Shown piece after piece: positions 10,578 to 20,455 of a DNA stretch of 64,000 nt. Within the stretch, counting starts at the first letter, position 1, and each line of letters starts with the position of its first letter. The stretch comes from Vampirovibrionaceae bacterium NZW_1234. Its GTDB lineage: Bacteria; Cyanobacteriota; Vampirovibrionia; Vampirovibrionales; JAGQHJ01. A program made the position numbers and the translations under genes. Under the pieces are notes generated by a model that was not told the DNA's origin, ran no database searches, and saw nothing but the letters and a program-made list of their open reading frames with translations. The stretch is from assembly GCA_041697335.1 (NCBI GenBank), contig JBGUGD010000035.1:1-64000 (forward strand). The letters are read 5' to 3'.

Positions 10578-10613
10578 AAAAAATCCAGTTCATTGCGATG
10601 AACTGGATTTTTT
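10578..10613. terminator. Bidirectional rho-independent terminator
   Basis: Perfect IR AAAAAATCCAGTTCAT-tgcg-ATGAACTGGATTTTTT between convergent genes. Confidence 0.85.
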
Positions 10614-10706
10614 AATCCGATCCGTTGGTCTTTTGTGGGCATTTTTTTAATGCTCCCGATGTCATCTCCTGCCTTCTCAAACGAGTTGATCCAGCCACCC
10701 GGGACA

Positions 10707-11687
10707 TCACTTTGACATTAAAAACGTGTCTGACAGTGCCAGGGCAGAGAGAATGGCCCCTTCGACCCGGGGACCGCCAAAGCCGTCTCCAGCCATATAG
10801 AGGGATTCATGGTCATCCAGACAAACATAGGGCTTATGGTACGTGCTGAGGGCCAAACTGTATCGCCAGCGCATCAGTTGATGAGACAGTATGGTATCGG
10901 CAGACACCCATGGTGCCACCGCCTGGCTCAAGGCCGCCACAATCTCCGATTCAAGTGCATCAAAGTGGGCTTGACTCCAAACACCATTGGCATGAACAGT
11001 AATACTGGGCGCATTGGAGATGCCTTTCTGCTGATTATCCGCAACCCAATGTAAAACCGGATCGCCCTCCATAATCAGACCGCCTGGTGGGGGAATGAAA
11101 CTGGGTTGAGAAAGGCCCAAGAGCAGTGCCAAACACGGGGCATATTGGATGGCTTTGAGGTCGTCCATCAACTTAGGCTCAACCGGCAGGTCTTCAATCA
11201 GCTGCAACGACTGGGGCACAGGTGCTGTAAGAACCACACGAGCGGCCTTAACGCTTCCCAAGGTATCCGTCTGGATCACCCAAGCATCCTTCTGAGGCGT
11301 TATTCTGAGGACTCGGCATCCGCGCTCAATGGGCAGCTTTTCCGCAAGGCCTTTGGCAATCTGGGTCATGGATGAAGTCCCTCGCCACCGAGCAAGGGGC
11401 TCCGACCATTGGCCGGCTATATTCACAAAGCCTTCAGCCCAACACGTTGACCAGCCTTGGGCTTGCCAAGCCGCATTCAAGGCATTAGATTGAGGCTCTC
11501 TGAGCGTAAAGTATTGAGCCCCATGGTCCCAGACCCAGGACTCATGGCGTCGGGTGGCCATACGGCCACCAACCCCCTTGGATTTTTCCAGCACTCGAAT
11601 CGCCTGCCCGGACTCCTGAAGGCGCTCAGCAATCAGCATGCCTGCGATCCCTGCACCGACAATCAAGGTATCCAAAATGTTGTTCAT
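10707..11687 (-). CDS. Renalase-like NAD(P)/FAD-dependent oxidoreductase
   Basis: IVGAGIAG, EKSKGVGGRMATRR, DHGAQYFT, RWRYS, AGDGFGGPRVEGA; AAGGAG RBS before ATG 11687. Confidence 0.9.
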   Translation of the reverse strand: MNNILDTLIVGAGIAGMLIAERLQESGQAIRVLEKSKGVGGRMATRRHESWVWDHGAQYFTLREPQSNALNAAWQAQGWSTCWAEGFVNIAGQWSEPLARWRGTSSMTQIAKGLAEKLPIERGCRVLRITPQKDAWVIQTDTLGSVKAARVVLTAPVPQSLQLIEDLPVEPKLMDDLKAIQYAPCLALLLGLSQPSFIPPPGGLIMEGDPVLHWVADNQQKGISNAPSITVHANGVWSQAHFDALESEIVAALSQAVAPWVSADTILSHQLMRWRYSLALSTYHKPYVCLDDHESLYMAGDGFGGPRVEGAILSALALSDTFLMSK

Positions 11688-12037
11688 CGCTGTCTCCTTA
11701 GGCATTGACTGAGGGCCCGTCTCTCTGGAGTGTATCATAGTCCATTTCAGCATCTGAAAATCAGGGAAAAGGCCCTCTCGGATTGAAACCCAGACATTTC
11801 TTCTAGCGCCCTAGACGGGCTATGCGTCACGGTGTACGAAAATGCTGATTCTCAGTCCAAACAGTGATTTTTCTGGAGAACATCCCTCAGTTTCCAATTT
11901 CAGGGAGTACTTTTAGAACACAAAGTTCCTTTGATAGCAATCACCCAACTCTGTGATATCATTCTGGTGTCTCGGCATGGATTTCTGGGTCTATTATCGA
12001 TTTTCGAGACGTGATAAAAGCCTATGGAGGCAGCGTG

Positions 12038-12559
12038 ATGCAATTTCTATTACTCATGGGTGCGTTGGTACTAACCCTGGTGATTCTCCCTAATATTGCT
12101 CAGTCCGCAGCGCTCGGGGTGGGTGCTCCGGCCCCGTATTTTGATCTCCCGGCCACAGGCGGAAAAAACGTCAAATTATCGGATTATAAAGGCCAGAACC
12201 TGATTATTGTCTTCTATCCCAAAGATCAAACCCCAGGTTGTACAACCCAACTGTGTCGCCTGCGCGACGATCTGTCCCGGTTTCAAGCGAAAAATACAGC
12301 CATCATCGCTTCCAATCCGGCAGATTTGAAAAGTCACGAAGCCTTTGCTCAAAAACAGCACTACACCTTTCCTATCCTGGTAGATAAGGACCGAGCCATG
12401 GCCAAAGCTTACGGTGTGGGATCAGTTCTGGGATTTAACGATCGGACTGTGTTTATCGTGGACGCGCATGGCACCATTGCCTATGTGAAAAAAGGGATGC
12501 CCTCCAATGAGGAATTATCCGGCGTCATTGAGAAACTGAACCAAAAGGGCCACCCCTAG
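12038..12559 (+). CDS. bcp: Peroxiredoxin (BCP/PrxQ type) with signal peptide
   Basis: FYPKDQTPGCTTQLC; hydrophobic N-terminus ending AQSA. Confidence 0.85.
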   Translation: MQFLLLMGALVLTLVILPNIAQSAALGVGAPAPYFDLPATGGKNVKLSDYKGQNLIIVFYPKDQTPGCTTQLCRLRDDLSRFQAKNTAIIASNPADLKSHEAFAQKQHYTFPILVDKDRAMAKAYGVGSVLGFNDRTVFIVDAHGTIAYVKKGMPSNEELSGVIEKLNQKGHP

Positions 12560-12614
12560 TCTTAGGGTTTCCTCCCCGAGTTCTTTTTGAAACCTTCAAT
12601 GAAAGTTAGATTCT

Positions 12615-13565
12615 ATGAACACCTCGGTCCAATCACCCTGCCAGCCAGAATCCTCACTCATCACCTCCAGTCTCTCCCATGATGATGAAACGGTCTTTAC
12701 ACCTTTAAAAGCTCATTGGTGGCATTATTGGCCTTTTGTTTTTCTACATGCAGGCTGCCTGGGTGCGCTCTATACCGGAGCCAGCCCCGTTGCCATCGGC
12801 ATTGCCATTGCCCTCTATTGGGTTCGGATGTTTGCCATTACCGGGTTTTATCATCGCTATTTTTCCCATCGGACGTATAAAACCTCTCGTGCACTTCAGC
12901 TGGTGTTTGCCTTAATGGGCCTGACGGCGGTCCAAAAGGGACCACTCTGGTGGGCGGCCCATCACCGAAACCACCACCTTTACTCGGATCAAACCCAAGA
13001 CGTTCACTCGCCGATTAAAAGCGATTGGCTATGGTCTCACATTGGCTGGATGACCAACAAGGAAAACCTCAAGACCGATTACACCAAAGTACGAGATCTG
13101 GCCAAATTTCCGGAACTGGTGTTTTTAAACCGGCATGACTGGCTGGTCCCCTTGGGATTGTTTTTAGGATTGTTTGGTCTGGGTGAACTGCTGAACCGGT
13201 TCTGGCCGGGGCTTCAGACTTCAGGGCTGCAATTGCTTGTCTGGGGCTTTTTTATCAGTACCAGTGTGTTGTTTCATGCCACATGCTCCATCAATTCAGT
13301 GGCGCATCTCTTAGGCACCCGGCGTTATCGTACGCAGGATCAGAGCCGAAACAATTTCTTTCTGGCGTTGATAACCATGGGTGAAGGCTGGCACAACAAT
13401 CACCACCATTACCAGCGGGCCACACGTCAAGGATTTTTTTGGTGGGAGATTGATGTCACCTACTACCTGCTTAAACTGATGGCCTGGGTCGGCCTGGTGT
13501 GGGATCTGAGCCCGGTGCCGGACAAAGTCCGCCTGGCTGTTCCGACAGCGACTTCAAAGGGCTAG
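12615..13565 (+). CDS. Membrane acyl-CoA/acyl-lipid desaturase (delta-9-like)
   Basis: His boxes HRYFSH, HRNHH, HNNHH; GEGWHNNHH. Confidence 0.93.
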   Translation: MNTSVQSPCQPESSLITSSLSHDDETVFTPLKAHWWHYWPFVFLHAGCLGALYTGASPVAIGIAIALYWVRMFAITGFYHRYFSHRTYKTSRALQLVFALMGLTAVQKGPLWWAAHHRNHHLYSDQTQDVHSPIKSDWLWSHIGWMTNKENLKTDYTKVRDLAKFPELVFLNRHDWLVPLGLFLGLFGLGELLNRFWPGLQTSGLQLLVWGFFISTSVLFHATCSINSVAHLLGTRRYRTQDQSRNNFFLALITMGEGWHNNHHHYQRATRQGFFWWEIDVTYYLLKLMAWVGLVWDLSPVPDKVRLAVPTATSKG

Positions 13566-13568
13566 GCC

Positions 13569-14840
13569 ATGGAACGACTGGCAATTATTGGAACAGGCAT
13601 TGCCGGTCTGGGATGTGCGTATTTTTTGCACCCCCACTATGACATTACTCTGTTTGAAAAAAATGATTACATTGGCGGACATGTGAACACCGTGGAGGTG
13701 ACTCGCCCCAACGGAGTGATCCCGGTGGATACCGGATTTATGGTATTTAATCACATCACCTACCCAAACCTCTGTAAGCTCTTTGATCGCCTTGAGGCCA
13801 AGACCCTTGCTACCGATATGTCCTTTAGTGTCCAGCATCGCGAGCAGGACCTGGAATGGAATGGCGCCGGGTACAATCGGCTCTTCGGACAACGCAAAAA
13901 TCTGCTGCGCCCGCGCTTTTGGCGCATGTTGTTTCAGCTTAACCGCTTTAACCAGGATGCCATTGAGGCCATTGAGAATGCATCATACGGTGAGATGACG
14001 ATTCAGGACTACGTGGATGCGAGAGGCTACGGAGACGATATGTTGAACCTGTATCTGCTTCCCATGAGTTCGTCCATCTGGTCCAATCGGCCGGAAAAAA
14101 TTCGGCACTTTCCCATTCGCACCTTGCTGATGTTTTTTAGAAACCATGGCTTTTTAGGCATGGACACCCACTACCAATGGTACACCGTGGTGGGGGGCGC
14201 AAAGACCTATGTGCAAAAAATGATTGCCCCCTTTGCCCATGCGATCCGATCCGATTCACCTGTTTTACAGGTGACCCAAGCAGCAGATCAGGTCATACTC
14301 ACGCTCAAAAACGGCGAAACCCACCGTTTTGATAAAGTCGTCCTGGCAACCCATGCCGATGAAGCCCTGGCACTTCTCACCAATCCCGATGCATTGCAAC
14401 AACGACTTTTAAGCCCGTTTCGCTACGAACACAATCTGGCACAACTCCATACCGATGCATCCGTAATGCCTCAAACCAAACGATGCTGGGCAGCATGGAA
14501 CTACCGGATTGACATGCAAGGCGGCGGTGACAAACGCTGCTCTACCCACTACTGGATGAACCGATTACAGCACATCTCGGGCAAGACTCAATACATTGTT
14601 TCTATCAACGGTGACCACCTTGTAGACCCCGAATCCGTCCTTCAAACCATTGACTATGAGCATCCCATTTATACGTTAGAGGCGATTCGGGCCCAAGAGG
14701 AACTAGATCAGTTAAATACGCCTCAAACGGGCCGCCGGGTGTTTTTTAGCGGCAGTTATTTTAAGTATGGCTTTCATGAAGACGCCTTCAGTTCCGCAGT
14801 GAAGCTGTGTGAACAATTGACAGGAGGGCCCGTATGGTAG
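13569..14840 (+). CDS. FAD-dependent oxidoreductase (amine-oxidase-like, UfaD-like)
   Basis: IIGTGIAGL, GGHVNT, VDTGFMVFN, YPNL, GFHED; typical partner of DUF1365/cfa. Confidence 0.88.
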   Translation: MERLAIIGTGIAGLGCAYFLHPHYDITLFEKNDYIGGHVNTVEVTRPNGVIPVDTGFMVFNHITYPNLCKLFDRLEAKTLATDMSFSVQHREQDLEWNGAGYNRLFGQRKNLLRPRFWRMLFQLNRFNQDAIEAIENASYGEMTIQDYVDARGYGDDMLNLYLLPMSSSIWSNRPEKIRHFPIRTLLMFFRNHGFLGMDTHYQWYTVVGGAKTYVQKMIAPFAHAIRSDSPVLQVTQAADQVILTLKNGETHRFDKVVLATHADEALALLTNPDALQQRLLSPFRYEHNLAQLHTDASVMPQTKRCWAAWNYRIDMQGGGDKRCSTHYWMNRLQHISGKTQYIVSINGDHLVDPESVLQTIDYEHPIYTLEAIRAQEELDQLNTPQTGRRVFFSGSYFKYGFHEDAFSSAVKLCEQLTGGPVW

Positions 14841-15706
14841 CCCCTTCGTACTCCTCATGTCTGTATGAGTGCCATGTGATGCATCATCGCCTATCACCCA
14901 AGCGCCATCGTTTTGATTTTTCGTTTTTCATGTTTTATCTGGATCTGGACGAATTGCCTTCTCTTGAAAAATCGTTGGGTCTATTCGGCACAAAACCATC
15001 CCGACTCTACCGGTTTTTAGAATCCGATTACCTACCCTTGGGTCCACAGCCTTTAAAAGAGAAGGTCCAAACCATTCTCCATCGCGAAGGCATTCAAACA
15101 CCCCTGCACCGGGTTCGACTTTTAACCCACACCCGCGTGCTCGGGTATATTTTTAATCCCGTTTCTTTTTATTACTGCTTTGACCCCAATAATGTCGCCT
15201 TTGCCGTCATTGCAGAAGTCGGCAACACCTTTGGCGAAAAAAAACTCTTTGTTCTGCCTCGCTCTGAGCACCCTGACTCTGAAGATGGCTTTTGCTTTCG
15301 AGGCAATGCTGTCAAACATTTCTATGTCTCCCCGTTTTCGGATCTCAACCTTCAGTTTGACTTTCGCCTCGGTGTGCCCGATACCCAATTTAAGATTGCC
15401 ATTGATGATTGCAACGCTCACCATCACCCTGTTGTGATCAGCCGATTCAAGGGGACGCGTAAACCCCTGACCAACAGCACCCTCCTGAAAATGACGCTGA
15501 AGTTTCCCCTGATGACGACCCAGGTAATCTCCCAAATTCACTGGCATGCGTTTTTATTGTGGTTGAAAGGTGTTCCGTTTTTCAAAAAAGAAGCTTCTCC
15601 CGAACTGCAGCAACACGTGCTGCTCCCACACCCCGCATTGGCCCGGTATTATTCCCAACAATCCCAAGGAGCCTCTCATGGCAGTTTCTCCAAAGCATCC
15701 CCCTAA
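14834..15706 (+). CDS. DUF1365 protein (UfaO-like)
   Basis: VMHHRLSPKRHRF, GYIFNPVSFYYC, EVGNTFGE, KHFYVSPF, IHWHAFLLWLKG. Confidence 0.9.
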   Translation: MVAPSYSSCLYECHVMHHRLSPKRHRFDFSFFMFYLDLDELPSLEKSLGLFGTKPSRLYRFLESDYLPLGPQPLKEKVQTILHREGIQTPLHRVRLLTHTRVLGYIFNPVSFYYCFDPNNVAFAVIAEVGNTFGEKKLFVLPRSEHPDSEDGFCFRGNAVKHFYVSPFSDLNLQFDFRLGVPDTQFKIAIDDCNAHHHPVVISRFKGTRKPLTNSTLLKMTLKFPLMTTQVISQIHWHAFLLWLKGVPFFKKEASPELQQHVLLPHPALARYYSQQSQGASHGSFSKASP

Positions 15707-17009
15707 ACTGACACCATTGGCCAGCCCCGAGCGCCAAAAACCCCCTGAGCCTAAATTTCCCGAATGGCTGAATCGGTGGTGCAAAACACACATTTGCAAC
15801 GCGCTGGGGCAGATGACTCAGGGCTATCTCACCCTTCGCCATACCGATGGTACGTATTTTAACGTGGGGGATCCAACCAGTCCGTTTCGGGTCACCATGA
15901 CCATCCTGAATGACGATTTTTTTACCAAAGGCCTTTTCTTTGGGCACATTGGACTTGCCGAATCCTATATGGACGGTGACTGGGAAACCCCATCTATTGC
16001 GTCAGTTGTCGAATGGTTTATCCTGAATATTCAAACATCACCCTTATTGGAAGGGTCTCAAAATAAGACGCTCTGGATTAATGCCATGGGCCTGGTGAAT
16101 AAGATCGCTCATATATTACGAGCCAATAGTCCTCAAAACAGTCAACGCAATATTCAGGCCCATTACGATTTGAGCAACGACTTTTTTGCCGTGTTTCTGG
16201 ATCCTACCATGACGTATTCGTCAGGCCTGTATACCTCGCCACAACAGTCACTGGAGAATGCTCAGCTGGCCAAGTATGACGCCTTGTGCCAAAAACTTCG
16301 TCTGAGCCCCTCGGATCACGTTTTGGAAATTGGGACCGGCTGGGGCGGCTTGGCATGTTACATGGCCAAAACCTATGGCTGCCGGGTTACAACCATTACC
16401 ATCTCGAAAGAGCAATATGAGTACTCCAGACAACGAATTGCTGCTGAAGGCCTGCAACACCGGATTGATCTAAAACGAATCGATTATCGCCATGTTCAGG
16501 GGCAGTTCGATAAAATTGTCTCGGTAGAAATGATTGAAGCCGTGGGCGATGCCTATTATGAAACATTTTTTGCCCAGTGCCATGCATTACTCAAACCACA
16601 CGGACTGCTGGTACTCCAGATGATCACCTGCCCGGATTCACGGTTCAAAATCTTAAAAGAGAATGTGGATTTCATCCAAAAACACATTTTTCCGGGGTCA
16701 CTTCTCCCCTCGCTGACTCGGGTCCAACAGGCCCTGAATCAAACCGGCGACTTGTTCCTGCACGAATTAGAAGACCTCGGAAATAGTTATGCCTTAACCC
16801 TCCATGCCTGGTACGAACGCTTTAATGACCATCTGGATGAGGTAAAGGCGCTGGGCTTTGATGAGCGGTTTATTCGCAAATGGAACGTTTATTTTCAATA
16901 CTGTGAAGCTGCCTTTGCCACTCGTAACATTACCGTTGTCCAGGCCGTGTATACACGGCCCAATAACCCCACATTGATGGCCCCCTTCTGGAAGGAGCGT
17001 GCTCAATGA
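15678..17009 (+). CDS. cfa: Cyclopropane-fatty-acyl-phospholipid synthase family SAM methyltransferase
   Basis: HYDLSNDFF, DPTMTYSS, LEIGTGWGG, SVEMIEAVG, FIQKHIFPG; AAGGAG RBS before ATG 15678. Confidence 0.92.
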   Translation: MAVSPKHPPKLTPLASPERQKPPEPKFPEWLNRWCKTHICNALGQMTQGYLTLRHTDGTYFNVGDPTSPFRVTMTILNDDFFTKGLFFGHIGLAESYMDGDWETPSIASVVEWFILNIQTSPLLEGSQNKTLWINAMGLVNKIAHILRANSPQNSQRNIQAHYDLSNDFFAVFLDPTMTYSSGLYTSPQQSLENAQLAKYDALCQKLRLSPSDHVLEIGTGWGGLACYMAKTYGCRVTTITISKEQYEYSRQRIAAEGLQHRIDLKRIDYRHVQGQFDKIVSVEMIEAVGDAYYETFFAQCHALLKPHGLLVLQMITCPDSRFKILKENVDFIQKHIFPGSLLPSLTRVQQALNQTGDLFLHELEDLGNSYALTLHAWYERFNDHLDEVKALGFDERFIRKWNVYFQYCEAAFATRNITVVQAVYTRPNNPTLMAPFWKERAQ

Positions 17010-17368
17010 TTTTAGGGCTTCGCCTCTTGTTTAGCCTGATTCTCGTCACGATGCTTTGGGTGACCACTACGGCCAGTTTACAGGAAAATATTCTTCAGAT
17101 TCCCGCGCACGTCACCACGGATCCGTGGTTTGTGGCCACGATGTTTGATGCCTACTTCGGTTTTCTCACATTTTATATCTGGGCCTGGTACCGAAGCCCT
17201 TCCTGGCCAAGCCGAATTGTCTGGTTCATTCTTATTATGCTGCTGGGCAACATGGCCATGGCCCTTTTTGTGCTTCGTATTGTCTTGCGATTGCCCAAGG
17301 ATGCGCCAGTAACTGCTGTACTGCTTCGCCCTGAACATCAGGCGATCCTGGAGCGCTTGCCCAAATGA
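17006..17368 (+). CDS. DUF1475-like small membrane protein
   Basis: PWFVATMFDAYFGFLTFYIW, LLGNMA; ATGA coupling in operon. Confidence 0.75.
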   Translation: MILGLRLLFSLILVTMLWVTTTASLQENILQIPAHVTTDPWFVATMFDAYFGFLTFYIWAWYRSPSWPSRIVWFILIMLLGNMAMALFVLRIVLRLPKDAPVTAVLLRPEHQAILERLPK

Positions 17369-18168
17369 TACCGCTGGACCTGACAGCCTTTCATCTGATG
17401 AGTCTCGGGCTTGGAGTGGCCTGCACCATGATGGCATTGGTGTGGGTGTGGGCAACCGCCATGAAAAATGCGGGCATCGTTGATGTATTCTGGGCTGGTG
17501 GTTTTTTACTGCTCGTGCTGCTTTATGTCTTCTTAGGCGAGGGATGGCTTGTGCGAAAAATAGTCTTGACCCTCATGGTAGGCGCCAGCAGCTTACGACT
17601 GGCCTGGTATCTCAATCAACGCTTTTGGCGGGAATTTCCCACGGAAGACGGCCGTTATGCGGTTCTAAGAACCATCTGGACCAAACATCTTCACCTGATG
17701 TTTTTGGGCCTGTTCCTACTGCAAGGCACGCTGATGGGAGTGTTGTCTCTGCCTTTTGCCATGGTCGCTAAAAACCCTATACCTGCATTTTTACCGGTAG
17801 AATGGGTTGCCATGGGGTTATGGCTTATCGGTTTTCTCGGGGAAACCCTGGCCGACAAACAGCTTCAACAGTTTAAAGCCAATCCGAACCATCAGGGGAA
17901 GGTCTGCTCGGTTGGTCTGTGGCGTTATTCCCGACACCCCAATTATTTTTTTGAATGGGTCATGTGGGTCAGCTATTTTGTCATGGGCTTGGGTGTTCCG
18001 GGAGGTTGGGTGACTTTTTATGTCCCGTTACTCATGCTTTTTTTTCTCACCAAAGTAACTGGCATTGCAGCCACGGAAGCCCATGCATTAAAAACCCGGG
18101 GCGAAGCCTACCGACGTTATCAGGCGGAAACCAGCCCGTTTATTCCCTGGTTTCCAAAACAGAGCTAG
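17365..18168 (+). CDS. DUF1295 / steroid 5-alpha-reductase-like membrane protein
   Basis: NAGIVDVFW, EDGRY, GETLADKQL, GLWRYSRHPNYFFE. Confidence 0.9.
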   Translation: MIPLDLTAFHLMSLGLGVACTMMALVWVWATAMKNAGIVDVFWAGGFLLLVLLYVFLGEGWLVRKIVLTLMVGASSLRLAWYLNQRFWREFPTEDGRYAVLRTIWTKHLHLMFLGLFLLQGTLMGVLSLPFAMVAKNPIPAFLPVEWVAMGLWLIGFLGETLADKQLQQFKANPNHQGKVCSVGLWRYSRHPNYFFEWVMWVSYFVMGLGVPGGWVTFYVPLLMLFFLTKVTGIAATEAHALKTRGEAYRRYQAETSPFIPWFPKQS

Positions 18169-18179
18169 AAAGGTAAGAC

Positions 18180-19223
18180 GTGCTTCTAGATCGTGTATTA
18201 GAAACCAATCAGGTTCCCGAGCCTTTGATTCGACTAGGCATCCGCTACCTCCTGTGGCTCAAGCTCCGCACCGAAGCCGAGCCGTCGGAAGCCCGGCTTC
18301 AGGAAAAACTTATGGCCTTTGTTGATGGACTGAAACGCATGCCCATTGCCATTGAAACAGACAGCGCCAACTGGCAGCACTATGAGGTCCCTGGCGCATT
18401 TTATGAGCTTGTATTAGGTCCACGATTAAAATACAGCAGTGGGCTTTGGACAACACACGTGAAAACTCTGGCGGAAGCAGAGGAAGCCATGCTGGCCTTG
18501 TACTGCGAGCGTGCCGATATTCAGGATGGGCAAGAGATTCTTGACCTGGGTTGTGGATGGGGATCGATGTCTTTATGGTTGGCCGAGAAATACCCGAATG
18601 CCCGTATTACCGGCCTATCCAATTCGGCCTCGCAAAAACAATTTATTGAACAGCGGGCCCAGGAAAAAGGGTTTAAAAATCTCGAGATTGTAACGGCAAA
18701 CATTGTCACTCACGACTGGTCTCGTCAGTTTGATCGCATAGTGTCCATTGAAATGTTAGAACATATGAAAAACTACGACGCATTGATGGCAAAAATCAGC
18801 CGATGGCTTGTACCCGGGGGAAAACTGTTTATCCATATCTTCACCCATAAATATTTTGCTTATCACTACGAAAGTCAGGGCCCTTCGGACTGGATGACTC
18901 GATATTTCTTTCTGGGAGGCACCATGCCCAGCCATCATCTTTTGCTCTATTTTCAGCACCCACTCAAAATTACCGGCCATTGGGTGGTCAATGGCACCCA
19001 TTACCAAAAGACCGCCGAAGCCTGGTTGGACAATATGAAGCGCCATCGTCGCGAGATTCGGGACCTGTTTAAATCCATTTATGGACCCGATCAGGTGACA
19101 CGCTGGTGGGTTTACTGGTCTGTCTTTTTTATGGCCTGTGCCGAGCTGTGGGGCTATCGCAACGGGAATGAATGGCAAGTCTCGCATTATCTTTTCGAAG
19201 CACCCACACACGAGCATTACTAA
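18180..19223 (+). CDS. Second Cfa-family SAM-dependent methyltransferase
   Basis: QHYEVP, LGPRLKYSS, LDLGCGWGS, SIEMLEHMKNY, FFMACAELWG. Confidence 0.9.
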   Translation: MLLDRVLETNQVPEPLIRLGIRYLLWLKLRTEAEPSEARLQEKLMAFVDGLKRMPIAIETDSANWQHYEVPGAFYELVLGPRLKYSSGLWTTHVKTLAEAEEAMLALYCERADIQDGQEILDLGCGWGSMSLWLAEKYPNARITGLSNSASQKQFIEQRAQEKGFKNLEIVTANIVTHDWSRQFDRIVSIEMLEHMKNYDALMAKISRWLVPGGKLFIHIFTHKYFAYHYESQGPSDWMTRYFFLGGTMPSHHLLLYFQHPLKITGHWVVNGTHYQKTAEAWLDNMKRHRREIRDLFKSIYGPDQVTRWWVYWSVFFMACAELWGYRNGNEWQVSHYLFEAPTHEHY

Positions 19224-19253
19224 CTATAATATGGTTTACACGTTACAAGGCCG

Positions 19254-20429
19254 ATGATCATGGATTACAAAACACCCAGTACCATTCTCACGCATACAGG
19301 TCGCCAACCACAGGCATTTTCAGGGGCCGTCAATACGCCTCCCCACCGGGTGTCTACGGTTGTTTACCCCACCCTCGATGCCATGTATCGAACAAATGCC
19401 AACCCTGAGGCTATGCGCTATGGACGACTGGGTACGCCTACGTCTTGGGGTTTTGAGCAACCGGTAGCAACACTTGAAGGGGCTGCTGGCGCCTTGAGTT
19501 TTCCATCCGGGCTGGCCGCGTTAACAGCCGTGATGGATTGCTTTGCCCAGCAAGGCGATCATGTGCTCATTCCCCATTCGGCCTATAGCCCTACCTGGCG
19601 TTATGCCACACAAGTTCTGCCGCGTCGGGGAATTGCTGTTGAGGTGTACGATGGGCGAGAAGGCGCCGAAGGATTACGCTCGAAACTTACCCCGAAAACA
19701 CGGTTGGTGATGCTGGAAGCACCAGGCTCTGCTGTTTTAGACGTAGCTGACGTTCCTGCATTGACTGACGTGATTCACGCGGCAGGCGCTTTCGCTGCCA
19801 TTGATAATACCTGGGCGACACCACTGTATTTTCGGCCTCTGGATTATGGGTGTGATGTGGTGGTTCATTCCGCAAGTAAATATCTTTCGGGGCATAGTGA
19901 CGGAACACTGGGACTGGTTGCGATAAAAGAGCAGGGTCTTTTTGAGACGTTTCGCGAACATGTGTGGCTCACAGGGGTTGCAGCAGGCTCTGAAGAACTC
20001 TATCAAGGTGCACGTGGGTTACGCAGCCTGGCTGTCCGACTTCCCCATCATGAGGCCTCAGCACTCAAAATTGCCCAATGGCTCACAGCGCAACCTGAGG
20101 TCGAGACGGTGTTTCATCCGGCCCTGGAGAGCCATCCCGATCATCACATTTGGAAGCGCCTGTTTACAGGTTCAAGCGGTGTTTTTTCATTCAGCCTTAA
20201 AATTGGGGGCCGTGAACGCTTAGCCGCCCTGATGGATCAACGCAGGCTTTGGGCTATTGGCTATTCCTGGGGCGGCTTTGAAAGTCTGATGATTCCCTTT
20301 AACGAAGCCCATCGGCCGGATCTGCAACCCTACCAGGATCGGCTCGTTCGACTGTCGGTCGGGCTTGAAGATGTGGATGATCTGATTCTGGATCTGGCTG
20401 ATGGGTTTTCAGCGATGCGTCGGCTCTAG
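19254..20429 (+). CDS. metC: Cystathionine beta-lyase
   Basis: YGRLGTPT, DNTWATP, SASKYLSGHSD (PLP Lys), YSWGGFESL. Confidence 0.9.
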   Translation: MIMDYKTPSTILTHTGRQPQAFSGAVNTPPHRVSTVVYPTLDAMYRTNANPEAMRYGRLGTPTSWGFEQPVATLEGAAGALSFPSGLAALTAVMDCFAQQGDHVLIPHSAYSPTWRYATQVLPRRGIAVEVYDGREGAEGLRSKLTPKTRLVMLEAPGSAVLDVADVPALTDVIHAAGAFAAIDNTWATPLYFRPLDYGCDVVVHSASKYLSGHSDGTLGLVAIKEQGLFETFREHVWLTGVAAGSEELYQGARGLRSLAVRLPHHEASALKIAQWLTAQPEVETVFHPALESHPDHHIWKRLFTGSSGVFSFSLKIGGRERLAALMDQRRLWAIGYSWGGFESLMIPFNEAHRPDLQPYQDRLVRLSVGLEDVDDLILDLADGFSAMRRL

Positions 20430-20455
20430 AGACCGGTGTATAACCTATCGTATCA

